64,000 nucleotides of DNA. Origin: Paraphysomonas bandaiensis. Its lineage: Eukaryota > Protista > Chrysophyceae. The translations under genes and the position numbers were made by a program. Position 1 is the first letter of the stretch; the number at the start of each line of letters is the position of its first letter. Location: contig CBFFRP010000019.1 in assembly GCA_965644295.1 (NCBI GenBank), forward strand, positions 1-64,000, read 5' to 3'. Shown piece after piece: positions 52,401 through 64,000 of the stretch. The notes beneath the pieces were generated by a model. The model was not told the origin of the DNA, did no database searches, and saw only the letters and a program-made list of their open reading frames with translations.

Positions 52401-53261
52401 CACACCCGACTTCCAAGGTATGTCATAAGATCCCATTTTCACGTACGGTGGGTTGATATCATTAAATGCCGTGAGGATGTTAGATACGTCCACCATCAGC
52501 TCGTTATTTCGCCATACTTTAATGTAACCAGTGGGTGTTCCCCACTGCGCTCACGGAAACATAATAATCAAACACAAATTTCAGCAAACACGATTCATCC
52601 CACCTGCAACTTAACATTTATTACCCAGTCCGTCCATACACCTGGAGCTGGGATGCCCAAGCTATAATAGGAGCATACTTGAGTCGGGGAATCGAATTCC
52701 TTGTTTCCACAAACATTGAGAGTCATTTCGTTGCCTACAAAATAAAAGTGCTGTAAAATTATATACAGCTGTTCTTATGCTATAACCTATGTTCCTTAAA
52801 CCAAACACAGGTGCTTGCCCATTGTTGTCCCCACCATGTAACTGGAAATTATAAATAACTTCCGAATATCCGCCAAAAGTTTGACCACCCCAACTCCAAT
52901 CAGCAGGTATATAATTACTCAATCCAAACCAATATACACCTATTTCACATATGAGATTACTAATCTCTTCAGATTACTATATGAGACCTGTCGTATTAGC
53001 GATCATATCTGTACGATTCTGTTCTTTACATGCAATCTCAGCACGATAACACTCATCACCACCACAGTATGATATATTAGTACGTAACATTGAAGTTGTT
53101 CCATTAAATGATGATGGAACTAATTCAACTATAGCAGTGTATCCCTTAATATCAGGATTCCATAAGTTTAGTGTGGTAAAGTCCTCATCAATGATAAGAG
53201 TACAGTGGATAGTGTAAAGTGAGAGGAAGAGGAAGATGAAAGGTAGAAAGTATTTAATCAT
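49448..53261 (-). CDS. Fusion: signal peptide + polysaccharide-lyase-like jelly-roll domain + TMs + processive GT2 glycan synthase (~13 exons)
   Basis: Lyase-like motifs YRAEI, YWFGLSNYIPADW, FQLHG, WTDWVINVK, GYIKVWRN, PYVKMGSY. GT2 motifs VVIPCH, VCDNG, KTRAL, LDDD, GPAGIWRR, GED, KQRAHRW. Junctions checked are in phase across GT-AG introns. Confidence 0.82.
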
Positions 53262-53456
53262 TGTGTTCTGAGAGGTATTTAATCATGTAAATGGTTGTAT
53301 GTCATGTGGATGATATGTTTGGATGGGTTGGTTAATGCATGCTCTCAACCTCATTCTAACTGCGTATATCCATATAGAACTCTACGTATCCAACACAGCA
53401 TACACCCATAGCCATATACAAATACACTGCTGTATATGCATACCTACCTACCTATG

Positions 53457-53598
53457 CATACATACATACATACATACATACATACATACATACATACATA
53501 CATACATACATACATACATACATACATACATACATACATACATACATACATACATACATACATACATACATACATACATACATACATACATACATACA

Positions 53599-53629
<31 letters not shown>

Positions 53630-53882
53630 CTACATACATACATACATACATACATACATACATACATACATACATACATACATACATACATACATACATA
53701 CATACATACATACATACATACATACATACATACATACATACATACATACATACATACATACATACATACATACATACATACATACATACATACATACATA
53801 CATACATACATACATACATACATACATACATACATACATACATACATACATACATACATACATACATACATACATACATACA

Positions 53883-53911
<29 letters not shown>
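53457..53911 (+). repeat. (TACA)n microsatellite, ~110 units, in a divergent intergenic region
   Basis: Directly visible in the sequence. Confidence 0.98.
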
Positions 53912-53913
<2 letters not shown>

Positions 53914-53973
53914 CTGCTCTGATATATCTAGCTGTCAATATCCTTCCACTCATCCATTCATACTTTACACACC

Positions 53974-55787
53974 ATGCAGCGAATTCTAAAACTCGTTAAC
54001 CATCCAACTGACTGCGTGTCAGAAGCCGTTGAAGGCATGCTTCTAAGCACATCTCATCTCTGTGCTCTTCACAGTCAAGACAGTGTTATTGGAGTGGTAC
54101 ACAGAGACATCACCTCTATACGAGATAAACAAGTTACAATAATCTCTGGAGGAGGATCAGGTCATGAACCTGCTCATGCGGGATACATTGGCGATGGGAT
54201 GTTGTCTGGTGCGGTGCTGGGTAAGGTGTTCGCATCTCCTAGTGTCAGTGCCATCCTATCGGCTATTAGATTATGTGCAGGCTCTAGAGGGGTCCTATTG
54301 ATTATCAAGAACTACACTGGCGATCGTCTTAATTTTGGTATGGCAGCTGAGCGGGCTAAATCAGAGGGAATTGATGTGGAAATGGTGGTAGTTGATGATG
54401 ATTGTGCACTTCCTGAGGGTAAAGGAATTACTGGAGGTAGAGGGGTGGCTGGAACTGTGTTTGTGCATAAGGTTGCTGGGGCTACTGCTAAATGCGGGGG
54501 GTCTCTAGCTGAGGTTCGGGATGCTGCCGAGCGCACAGCCCGACAAGTCAAATCTCTGGGAGCCGCACTCACAGTATGCACTGTTCCAGGATGCCCTCCG
54601 TCCAATCGATTGGATGAACGCTCCATTGAAATGTGTATTGGAATACATGCTGAACCGGGCCAGGTGGAGGAAGTTGGTGAAGACGCACCGTTATCGAGTT
54701 ACGTGAGTAGGACATTGCTAAATAATCTTCTAGGGCATGGTGATACCCCTGGTCGATTGAAAGTTTTACCCGAAGCAGAATTAGCGGTAATGGTGAACAA
54801 CCTTGGAGGTACTTCAGAGCTAGAGATGCTGGTATTTACACGGGATATAATGAATATATTGAATTCTAGGGGGTTCAAACCAGTACGCTGCTATGTGGGT
54901 ACTTTTATGAGCAGTCTCGAGATGGCAGGAGTATCAGTCTCTCTTTTGCCAACAGATAGTTATCTTTTGGAATTGCTTGATGCTCCGACTACTGCAACCG
55001 GTTGGAGACGTTCCGCTATTATGGGACAGACTGGTCCAACTGAAGATCGTATTATTTTATCTGCCCCAATTAGTCGCCAGACAGAAGACATTCGTGGGGG
55101 TGGAGTATGCAAAGGGGCTGAAGCCATTCTCCGTGGCATCTGCGCTTCCTTGATCGAGAATGAAGCCATACTAACGGAATATGATTCTAAGTGTGGTGAT
55201 GGAGACTGCGGTCAAACAGTTCGACGGGCCGCGGAGCATCTTCTTACTTTGGCACATGAACAGCAACTATGCTGGGAAGACTCCGCAAGACTCTGTGCTC
55301 AATTGGCTGACGGTGTGAGTGAAGCGATGGGTGGAACATCTGGAGCCATCATGGAAATTATGTTTAGAGCAATGGCAGCGAAGTTCAGGGGGTCGTCTAC
55401 TGGTCCAGAACAGGAGTCATCATTGCAGGTTTGTCACTGGTATAAGTGTTGTGGTATGTAATACTGAGACAGGACTGGGCGGTAGCTTTCACTGCCGGAA
55501 CAGAAGCGATAATCAAGTATGGTGGAGCAGAAGAAGGGATGCGTACACTGCTGGATGCGCTTTGTCCCGCAGTTCGTTGTCTGTGTGAGGGTTCTCGTGG
55601 AGATTTGGCTGCAGATACTCTTATTAAGGCCAGAGATGCAGCCCAGGTGGGCATGGAGCGCACAAAAGACATGACTAGTTCAGCGGGAAGGGCAAATTAT
55701 GTATCGATTGAGTCCCTTAGGGGCACTCCCGATCCTGGTGCTTATGCTGTATACTTAGCTTTTGCTTCTGCATGCTCGGCTAAATAA
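53974..55787 (+). CDS. TKFC: Dihydroxyacetone kinase / triokinase-FMN cyclase (DAK1+DAK2 domains), one intron ~55429-55472
   Basis: ISGGGSGHEPAHAGYIG, KNYTGDRLNFG, GIHAEPG, GDGDCG, MGGTSGA, RTLLDAL, AGRANY, PDPGA. Confidence 0.95.
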
Positions 55788-56264
55788 ACTTATAATTATT
55801 ATTTTTTGGATGGAGTGTGTTCTAATTGCATTGCACAATATCTTCTGATATGTTCAATCCTTATAATTAGTTTGAACTGGAAACTTATTTGGGAATGGTT
55901 GTTTCTTGTTTATCAAAGATAAGCTCTTGCAAACATAACTTATGTCTTATCTGTGTAAGTTTAGAAACTTCAGGCAGTTTGTAAATTATCAATGCATTAC
56001 TTATGAATACAATGTACGACGAATACAAGCCCAAGCATATTGCGGTATTGAGTTTATCTACATTTGAAATTTATGTTTCTAACTAGTGTATACCCTGATG
56101 AGAATTTCTTCAAATAATATGTCGCTACACTACGACTACCTTGCGCGTTCAATCTATTCCTCGAGTAATATGTAATATGACGTTGAGAAAGAGAAAAATA
56201 TGGCTAATTGGATGTTTATTCAAGTAATTACACAAACATCTTGGGACACCATCATACGACCACG

Positions 56265-57886
56265 TTATTCCTCAAACTGAACATGCAAATTAACAGCTTC
56301 GGCATACTTCACAATATCAGCGACTTTCACAGCTTTCTCCGCTGCGTCTGCAAAGTCATCGGACACGATCATTTTCAATTCAGAGTTCTGATCGTGTAGT
56401 TAGCTAAGTAACCATCAATAAAGTAGATTCTAACCTGAATTAGCTTCTTGGCGGCTTCCACATTAGTTCCCTTCAAGCGGATAATCACTGGCTTCTTGAG
56501 ACCGATATTTCTCGCCGCGTTAAGGACTCCCTGGGCAATAATATCACACCTGCACAACCAATGCGTAAATACAACAAAATTAATGCTTCAGTTTAACACA
56601 CGCACTTCATGATTCCTCCGAAAATGTTCACAAATATGGCTTTCACGCTTTTGTCTGCATTGAGTAACTCGAATGCTTTCTGGACCTGCTCTTCCGTAGC
56701 ACCCCCACCCACGTCTAAGAAGTTGGCAGGATCTCCACCCTTAAGCTTGATAATATCCATAGTCGACATAGCCAATCCAGCTCCATTAACCATACAGCCA
56801 ATATTACCAGTGAGACCAATGTAATTAAGGTCATATTTGGCGGCCTATGACATGAAATTATACAAAACGATTGGATAGTTGCATCACACTCACCTCCACT
56901 TCTCTAAAATCTTCCTGGCTTCTGTCGCGGTAGGAAAACACATCCTTCTGTCTAAATTCGGCATTGTCATCGAAATTTATTTTGGCATCACATACTAGGA
57001 CGCGTCCATCAGGCGTCTCCGCGAGAGGGTTAATCTCTAGCAATGTGCAGTCCTTCTCGCGAAAGAGCTGGTACAGCTTGGACACCACCTCTTGGCATTG
57101 TGTGAAGCCTGGGGTTCCTTTCTTAAATCCGAGGGAGCTGGCGATGAACTCCGTCTGCTCGCTCGATATTCCAGCAGCTATGTCCACAGGCTGCTTGAAT
57201 ATGAGTTCAGGAGTGGCCTCCGCAACATCCTCTATAGAGGTTCCACCCGCAGGAGATACCACAAAAATAGGTCCACCAGCAGCGCGATCCAACATGATTG
57301 AAAGGTACATTTCACGGCGCAAGTACATACGCTCAGCGAGCATTACCTTGTTGCAGGGCAGACCAGCTGCAGTAGTTTGTTTCGTAATCAAGTTGCTACC
57401 AAGCATTTTCTTAGAATAGTCAACAACTTCTTCTGGCGAACTGCACAAATGAACACCACCCTTGAGTCCAGAATCGAAATGTCCCAATCCTCTTCCACCA
57501 GTTAGAACCATTGCTTTAATTACACAGTCGTTTCCTTCACCAATGACATGACGGTATACTTCCCTCGCTTCATCAGGTGAATGCGCCACTTTACTCTTAG
57601 GGACTGGTATATCAAACCCTCTCATTATTTCCATACTGGCATACTCATGCACATTAAGGAATCTCCGACTACCAGATGATGCAACCTAATAAAACAAAAA
57701 CAATAAAATTAATAATAAAAAAGCATATAAAATAATTTAATAATACATACACATACATACACATACATACATATACATACATATATATATACATATATAT
57801 GCACATGCATACATACATACATACATACATACCGCTTTATTTAAAGAGGCATAACGATGAATAAAATTTCTTGCAATTAAGCTCAT
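56265..57886 (-). CDS. Succinate-CoA ligase beta subunit, mitochondrial (multi-exon)
   Basis: [70 protein letters not shown]; mitochondrial-type presequence [18 protein letters not shown]- versus GDP-forming type not resolved. Confidence 0.97.
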
Positions 57887-58294
57887 ATTGCTGTACTATT
57901 TGTTTCAAATACAAGGGATTGATAGAAGTTGCTTGATCAGATATGTTGTTATTGGATATGTATATGCTAACTAGCGACTAGCAATTGTGTGTGTGTTTCC
58001 TCTATGCGTGTGATTGTAATGTATGGAACTGCTGTACACATACAGTATATACAATACCGCAGTGTGCATAGTACTATAGCGATATATACATGCACCAAAG
58101 ATGCCAATGATACTTTGGGTGACGTAATCCTGTATATGGCATACATGGATATACAGTGTATACACAACTGTATAAAATACAGTGTAAGTATTGTTGTGGT
58201 ATGTACCTATATACCTGAGTACCTATGTATCTGTGTACCTGTATGGACATGAGTACCTGTGTACCTATATACCTGTATGGACTTGTGTACCACC

Positions 58295-58481
58295 GAGACG
58301 TTTTTTGACAAAGTGGACCCGCCCTCCACTTGTCGGACTGTATTTGGTCCCACTCGAAATAAAAAAATTGTGGTCATTTTGACCACAATTTCAAAGCTCT
58401 ACACACATATTCCATACGAAAAAACACAATACAAAAAAATAAAGTGGGACCAGACTGGTCCGCTTTGTCGAAAAAAGTCTC
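58295..58481. mobile_element. MITE (187 bp) with GAG...CTC termini and 4-bp TSD (Sola-like)
   Basis: gagacgttttttgacaaagtggacc ... ggtccgctttgtcgaaaaaagtctc; CACC on both sides (58291-58294, 58482-58485). Confidence 0.8.
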
Positions 58482-58609
58482 CACCATGACTTTGTGTACC
58501 AGTGTACTGACTCATATCATATCTCACAATACATTTACATTAACAATGAACATGTTATCGCAATACAACCTATAGCAGCATAGTTTCTGAAAGTTTCTAC
58601 TACTTCCCT

Positions 58610-59756
58610 ATGGCATGTAGCTCATCAATCAACCGAGAGAAATACAGATATCAGCATACAGTCTCTCTCCCTAGATTATCACTTTCTACTAGAGATTCAC
58701 ACATATCACTCAAATATATTAATACAGGGGCTGGAACAACAGGAACTAGATCAATTCATTCTCTTTTTTGCAATTATTTACAACTTAAAGCTCTTCATTT
58801 CTCTGATTCATGTAACTCTGATGCTAGCAATCGAAATAAGCTACTGACGTGGTACAATCATCTGACTAAATGTGCAGTCAATAAGAAGAATCAATGCACT
58901 TGCGATCAAGCCTTAAATTCACTGACACCACGTCTTGATTCTATTTTAACTACATTTGAGGCTATTTCCGATACTCCTGTTGACATGCTATTTCCTGAAA
59001 TTTACTCCTCTGCCAACACGGTGCTATTTCGTGACTGCAGTAACTAGATGAGAAATCATAATTTTATGCAATTTTAGGTATCAGTCGTTGCCACTCTGAG
59101 AGACCCAATTGCTTGGGCTCGGCGCCGGCTGGAACAACACCCAAACACTCTTATATGTCGCCCTGAGCTGTGGCAGGCCTCGGTGCTTCACCCTTTTGAT
59201 GTCGTTGGGTGCTTGCAGGCAAAAGAACAAGTAGAGGTGATTGTGGAAGTTATGCAATGATATTAATTACGCTATAATTTTGGGATAGGATGCTCTGATG
59301 ACAGTGTTTGAGCTGGTGTATAGACGCCCGTGGCTATCTTCTTATGATCAAAGTAATGTCTTCGCCAGATATGGACTACCAGACCCTGACAAATTATCTG
59401 TCCTTGGCGACGCTTTTGTGTGGATGAATTCTGTACATGCCGACATTGTTGAGAATAGGGGAGGAACTATATTTTGGATATGTTTGTGGGATAATCACGA
59501 CAACAATTTGAAAGATGTTAGTGTAGGCATACAACGACACGGTGCCAATCGAATGCGTCCGCAGTGGCGCACTCTTTCACTTTCGATGAACAGTAGTTTT
59601 CTAGTAGATACACCAGGCGAATTGAGGTTTCATCTGGTTGACTCTTCGTTTAGTGAACCTTTTACTAAATTTCTTCATCAGGATATAGAAATTATGTACA
59701 TATTGCTTCTAGTGGTTATTACTGTAAGTATATTCCTAGCCAGGAAATATTCTTAG
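58610..59756 (+). CDS. Sulfotransferase-like protein (P-loop type) with C-terminal TM, 3 exons
   Basis: KYINTGAGTTGTRSI (5'-PSB-like), AISDTP, spliced VVATLRDPIAWARRR (3'-PB-like); hydrophobic tail IMYILLLVVITVSIFLARK. Confidence 0.7.
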
Positions 59757-60882
59757 TAATAAAATTATGTTATAAAACATTTTACAGCTGACGGTTAGTT
59801 ACAATGAGGAGTAAGTGTGCAGTATGTATGCTAGATTTGATTTTGGTTAGGCGGTGTCATACTTGATGTATTTGCACTTGTCAACATAAACATACCATCA
59901 TTGGGTTAGCTACCTAGGTACTAGTTAGTATCTATAGATTTTTTAATAGGACCACGTATAGGAAACAAGACCAGTTGTAGATTGGTCTTATTTTTGGGTA
60001 CCTAATAACCTCTTCAGAGGCTTGTAATTGGTAGCAGTAGTATGATGTTATGGTACATATGTACCTATAGGTGGTGAGACGACATCTACCTATTGGCATT
60101 TTGGAAGTGTCACACGTGATCCAGTCAATTAGTGTTAATTTCCTTGTCACACCAAAATGAGTGTAAAAGTTTAGTAACTACTTAATAATTCATATATTCA
60201 GTGCGCAATGGTTAGTAGCTAGCAGTGTTATATGGTATTCGCCTGGTCAAGAATACATGCAATATATAATATACCACATTTCATTTTCGCATTCAGTTTT
60301 TTGTGACCAAGTCTTTTCCACAGCCGCCGTCATTTCATGGTAGGTACTAGGTACCTTTCACTACTCTTAGAACAGGCATCAGAGAACCGACACTGCCGTC
60401 GAATAACTTTTACTCTTGTAATTCGGCACTTCGCTGTAGCCCACGCTCTGTAATTCAGGTACTGGTGGTAAACGATGAGTTCTTCCAGTTTCCAGGCCTG
60501 AGAGCCATGACATAGATATGCTAATTTATATCGCTTTTTCTGTTCTCTAACTTTGGGCGTTGGTTTTTCTTCACATGCTGCGTGACTTCACTGTTTTTCA
60601 ATGCGTAGATATATGTGAGTACAATCTGTGACTATAGGTTTATAACTAAAGAGCACAAGGTTTTTCACTTTGACTACGTTTTCACACCAGCATTAGTATG
60701 ACTAATATGACTAGGTTGAATAATATTATCCATTGGCCATTAGTTGTAATGCCAAAATATATGAACAAAACGAATCTCTCACCATGACTCATGTAGTGAA
60801 GACAATAGCGCTTCCATTATAATAAGGTCACTTTTAATGGCCTAAATCTCTATGTCCCTAAATCCTCTACAAATTCACTGCG

Positions 60883-62327
60883 CTAACCCAAGTTAGCATT
60901 TTGATGAAAAAAATGAGTTACCAAATAACTCTTAAGAGCCTCATGGTCATGAGGGCAACATGCCACGAAATCTCGGCCACGTTGCATTGCATGAGTAGGT
61001 ATATCTCCACAGCGGGACGCTGATACAGAATAGTCTTCACCTAAGTCCTCTACTTCTGTGTCGGCTTCCTCATCGTTTTCTTCGTTTTCTAAGGCGGGGT
61101 TAATGCTCTCCCATTCGAGAATATCATCCCCACTATAAGAGATGAGCATGTTATGAAAAATACATGAGCATTTCCAAGCCGCATCTATGGTGTCCAACTT
61201 GTGGTGCTGGATAGGATTGAGAAAATATCGAAACCTGTTTTTGAGCATCCAAAATGTACACTCAGCGTTCTTTCGTACATTCTCCAAACATTCCGACCAA
61301 ACCCGCTCATCGTGCCGGAAAGGGGTTTGTAATGGATCTATGAGGTAAGGGTACTTATTGTAGCCACCATCTACAAGGAAGTAACCCCCTTTACAAAGTC
61401 GCGGAACGTTGTTGGCATCGTATACTACACCCCTTACATCTTTTAGAAGGCCTCTATGTATTCTTTGTAGCAAATCATCATTGGCGGTACCTGTCTTGTC
61501 ATTATTTGATCCGAAGAAGTAATCACTACTATAGAAGATTCGTTTAGTCGGACCCACTACACATTGGTAAGCCAAGGACGGATATCCTTTCTTGTCTGTG
61601 CACATTTCGGTCAACTCAACAGGGCATTTTCCAAGCCGAACATGTATGCAGTCCAAAGAACCACAACACATGGGAAATCCCATTCGAGCATACGTCCTGA
61701 CGATTGCACATAGCTCATCCCCACTTGGAAAGTAAACGAATTCGTCGAAATAGGCCTACAGTATTATGCAAAGAAACGTATAAGAACTAAGTGGCACATA
61801 AACTTTGAAGTTAATACCTCAGCAAAATTCATAACAAATTGCTTGCAATAAAAATTGCAGGAGTTCTCCGGAATTGAAGAAGACTCTTCAATATCGCTAG
61901 CGCAATTTCCTGTTGCAAGAATCCGTAGAGCGATTAATATTTTAAACTCTATAGGGGTTTTCATGACAGTAGAAGGACCAAATATTTTACCATCTCGGCA
62001 TAATGGTACTAAAAATAGGTCAAATACTGAAAATGGTAAACGAAATCTACGCCGAAATTTCTTTGCCACTGATGAGGATGGATCATTTATTCTCCTGTGG
62101 GTGATCATCTTACCCCATTCAGTTTTCCAAATGTCCACAACTTCATTCTCTCCTGATTCAGTGTCGTTTGTATGTGTCCTTCTCTGTCTCTTTAATGGTG
62201 ATTGAAGGGATGCAGAGGATGCAGAGGATGTAGAGGATTCTGTATCTCTTGTAATGAAATCAACAACTATCTGTATAGCCAACTCACGAACATCAAGATT
62301 TCGTAATCCTTTACAAGTATATATCAT
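60883..62327 (-). mobile_element. PIF/Harbinger-type DDE transposase/nuclease gene, with an in-phase intron at 61756-61817
   Basis: KKFRRRFRL, KILIALRILATG, GFP..GSLDCIH, NNDKT, FLVDGGY, RKNAECTF..LKNRF, CIFHNML. Splicing gtatta..ctgtag joins FAE|AYFDEF and removes the apparent frameshift. Confidence 0.88.
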
Positions 62328-64000
62328 ATTGCTAATATCGTATATATTAATATGTATGATACACTATATATACACACTATATATGTATCATTCCACATAT
62401 ATATGCTACATGCATGTACATCTTCATATTCTTATAGCGGCTGTGAGAAGGAAGTGTGTGGAAGTATAGATTTTGGGATTTAAGGATTTAGGGATTTATC
62501 CTACCACACAAGTCCAGAAAAATGATTCTGTTTTTTTGTATGGGAGTGTGTGTAGGAGGGGGTTGAAGTGGAGATGGTCTGCAGAATTCAGCGTTTATGT
62601 AGGTGATTCAGCGTTAATGTAGGTCCCTCTTAACGACCATATCGAGCGTATGGCTGCATAAAGGTACTTATATATATTATATTCTTGTAGAGGACTCTTA
62701 TTACTACTACGTGCCTTACTGACAATATCTACCGTGTGTAATCAGATCAGTATTCCCAGTGAATAAGCGAACGTCATGAAATAACAAATATGTTCCAGTG
62801 GCCACCATAAGGCGCGATGACAACACCTAAGAACTGTTTAAGTCTCGATATTAGGCAGTCTAATATCCCCTACCTCTCATTGGGTGGCTTCATACTCCAC
62901 TACGTTTGCCACAAAGGTGTCTGGTATTACACTTACCAGGGTCAGTCAGAGCAGTGTAAATTGATTGATGATAATTAGAATTGTTGTAGTTTCATAGAGA
63001 TATGCACAAACAGGTGATGGGGGAGTGCTTAATGCCTGTCAGTTGTTGTTTTTGCGATCCGAGCCAGGAAATGCATTGACTGTGGCCAAACATTACTGCC
63101 TTCGAATTGATTGGCAATCGAAGCAAGCCTTTGTAGTGCTACAGTTGAGAGACGTGCTGATGCGTATGCCGAACGGCAATGTCAGTGATACCGTCAAATT
63201 ATTTTTTAATGTTTGCATGTGTTGAAACGTTAAATATCGGGATGTACCAAAACCTTCATAAGATCAATTAGAAGCATATCGAGAGGACAAAACAAGAGTT
63301 ATTATTGATAGTGATCCAAGTCAAGAACTATCCAGTATCAAGAATTATAGTCCAAAGCTTCATGGAATGTACAACTTGTGAAAGGTTTAAACTTGGCACA
63401 AAGGTGTACATGAATTTCTAAATGAGAAAGCAAAGAAATTAATTTCGATTAGTTTGGATATATATATTTTTAGTAAGCCAATCTTGCCTATGATTATTAT
63501 TTCCGTAATTAAGTGTTTGAATCATCGCTTGGGGGTGTTGAAGTGCTGTCCGAGATAGTTTCCGGTAGTTTTAATATTTATAGATTTTGTAGTGCGTATG
63601 TATTGTGTTATATCCACACATTAAACTACAACCAACTCCATATTGGGGTAATAATATAATAAAAGCATACCGGGGTACTGGGGGGAGGTTGTAAGGCAGT
63701 GAGGTAGCATACATGGGTGCCTTGGCTAGTGGCTATACCTAGGCAGTACGGAGAATTAGGAGAGAGAAGTGCATAATATTCAATTGTTATAAAACATATA
63801 TATATATAATTTCAAGATTATGAAAGCATTATAGACATAGCATAGAGTGTACATTAATGCTTTGGTTTCCTCTGGGGGTGATATGGGGCCTGATGGGGTG
63901 GTGCATGTAAGTGCTTGTGACTGGGGTAAAATGTATAATTAGTAGTTGGTGGGATAAGAGTTTCCATATGTGTCAACATGTGTATAAAACCAAAATATAG

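Noticed and set aside
61684-61820. Frameshift or pseudogene call for the transposase
   Set aside because: A canonical in-phase 62-nt intron explains the break.
62470-62500. Telomeric repeat (tttaggg-like)
   Set aside because: Only 3-4 degenerate units, internal to the sequence.
62900-63450. Second (Myb/SANT) Harbinger ORF or a Fanzor/TnpB gene
   Set aside because: Only short stop-interrupted frames with no Myb tryptophan pattern or RuvC motifs.
1-64000. tRNA/rRNA genes or an alternative genetic code
   Set aside because: No cloverleaf or rRNA signature was recognised by eye; ORF breaks in conserved genes are explained by GT-AG introns under the standard code.

Overview
Eukaryotic nuclear DNA: gene-dense, AT-rich intergenic spacers, short (mostly ~45-60 nt) GT-AG introns, standard genetic code; probably a stramenopile-type protist (inference only). 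Hand-splicing the ORF track gives about 16 protein genes: Nup205, DNAJB12/14, XRN1, a stand-alone copia-type gag, AAMP/SQT1, a TPR-methyltransferase fusion, a secreted C-type-lectin/beta-repeat protein, an orphan, a neurabin-like PP1-docking protein, a multi-TM-PX-DEP-PX protein, a GT31, a polysaccharide-lyase/processive GT2 synthase fusion, DAK/TKFC, succinyl-CoA ligase beta, a sulfotransferase-like protein and an intron-containing PIF/Harbinger transposase. Non-coding features include a complete non-autonomous LTR element (LTRs, PBS, PPT, 5-bp TSD), three MITEs, two long imperfect hairpins, a dispersed repeat family, and long (TACA)n arrays in divergent promoters. The best candidate for an undescribed system is the gene at 49448-53261(-). 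It splices in frame into signal peptide + extracellular polysaccharide-lyase-like domain + membrane-bound processive glycan synthase. All gene models and family calls were made by eye, with no database searches.
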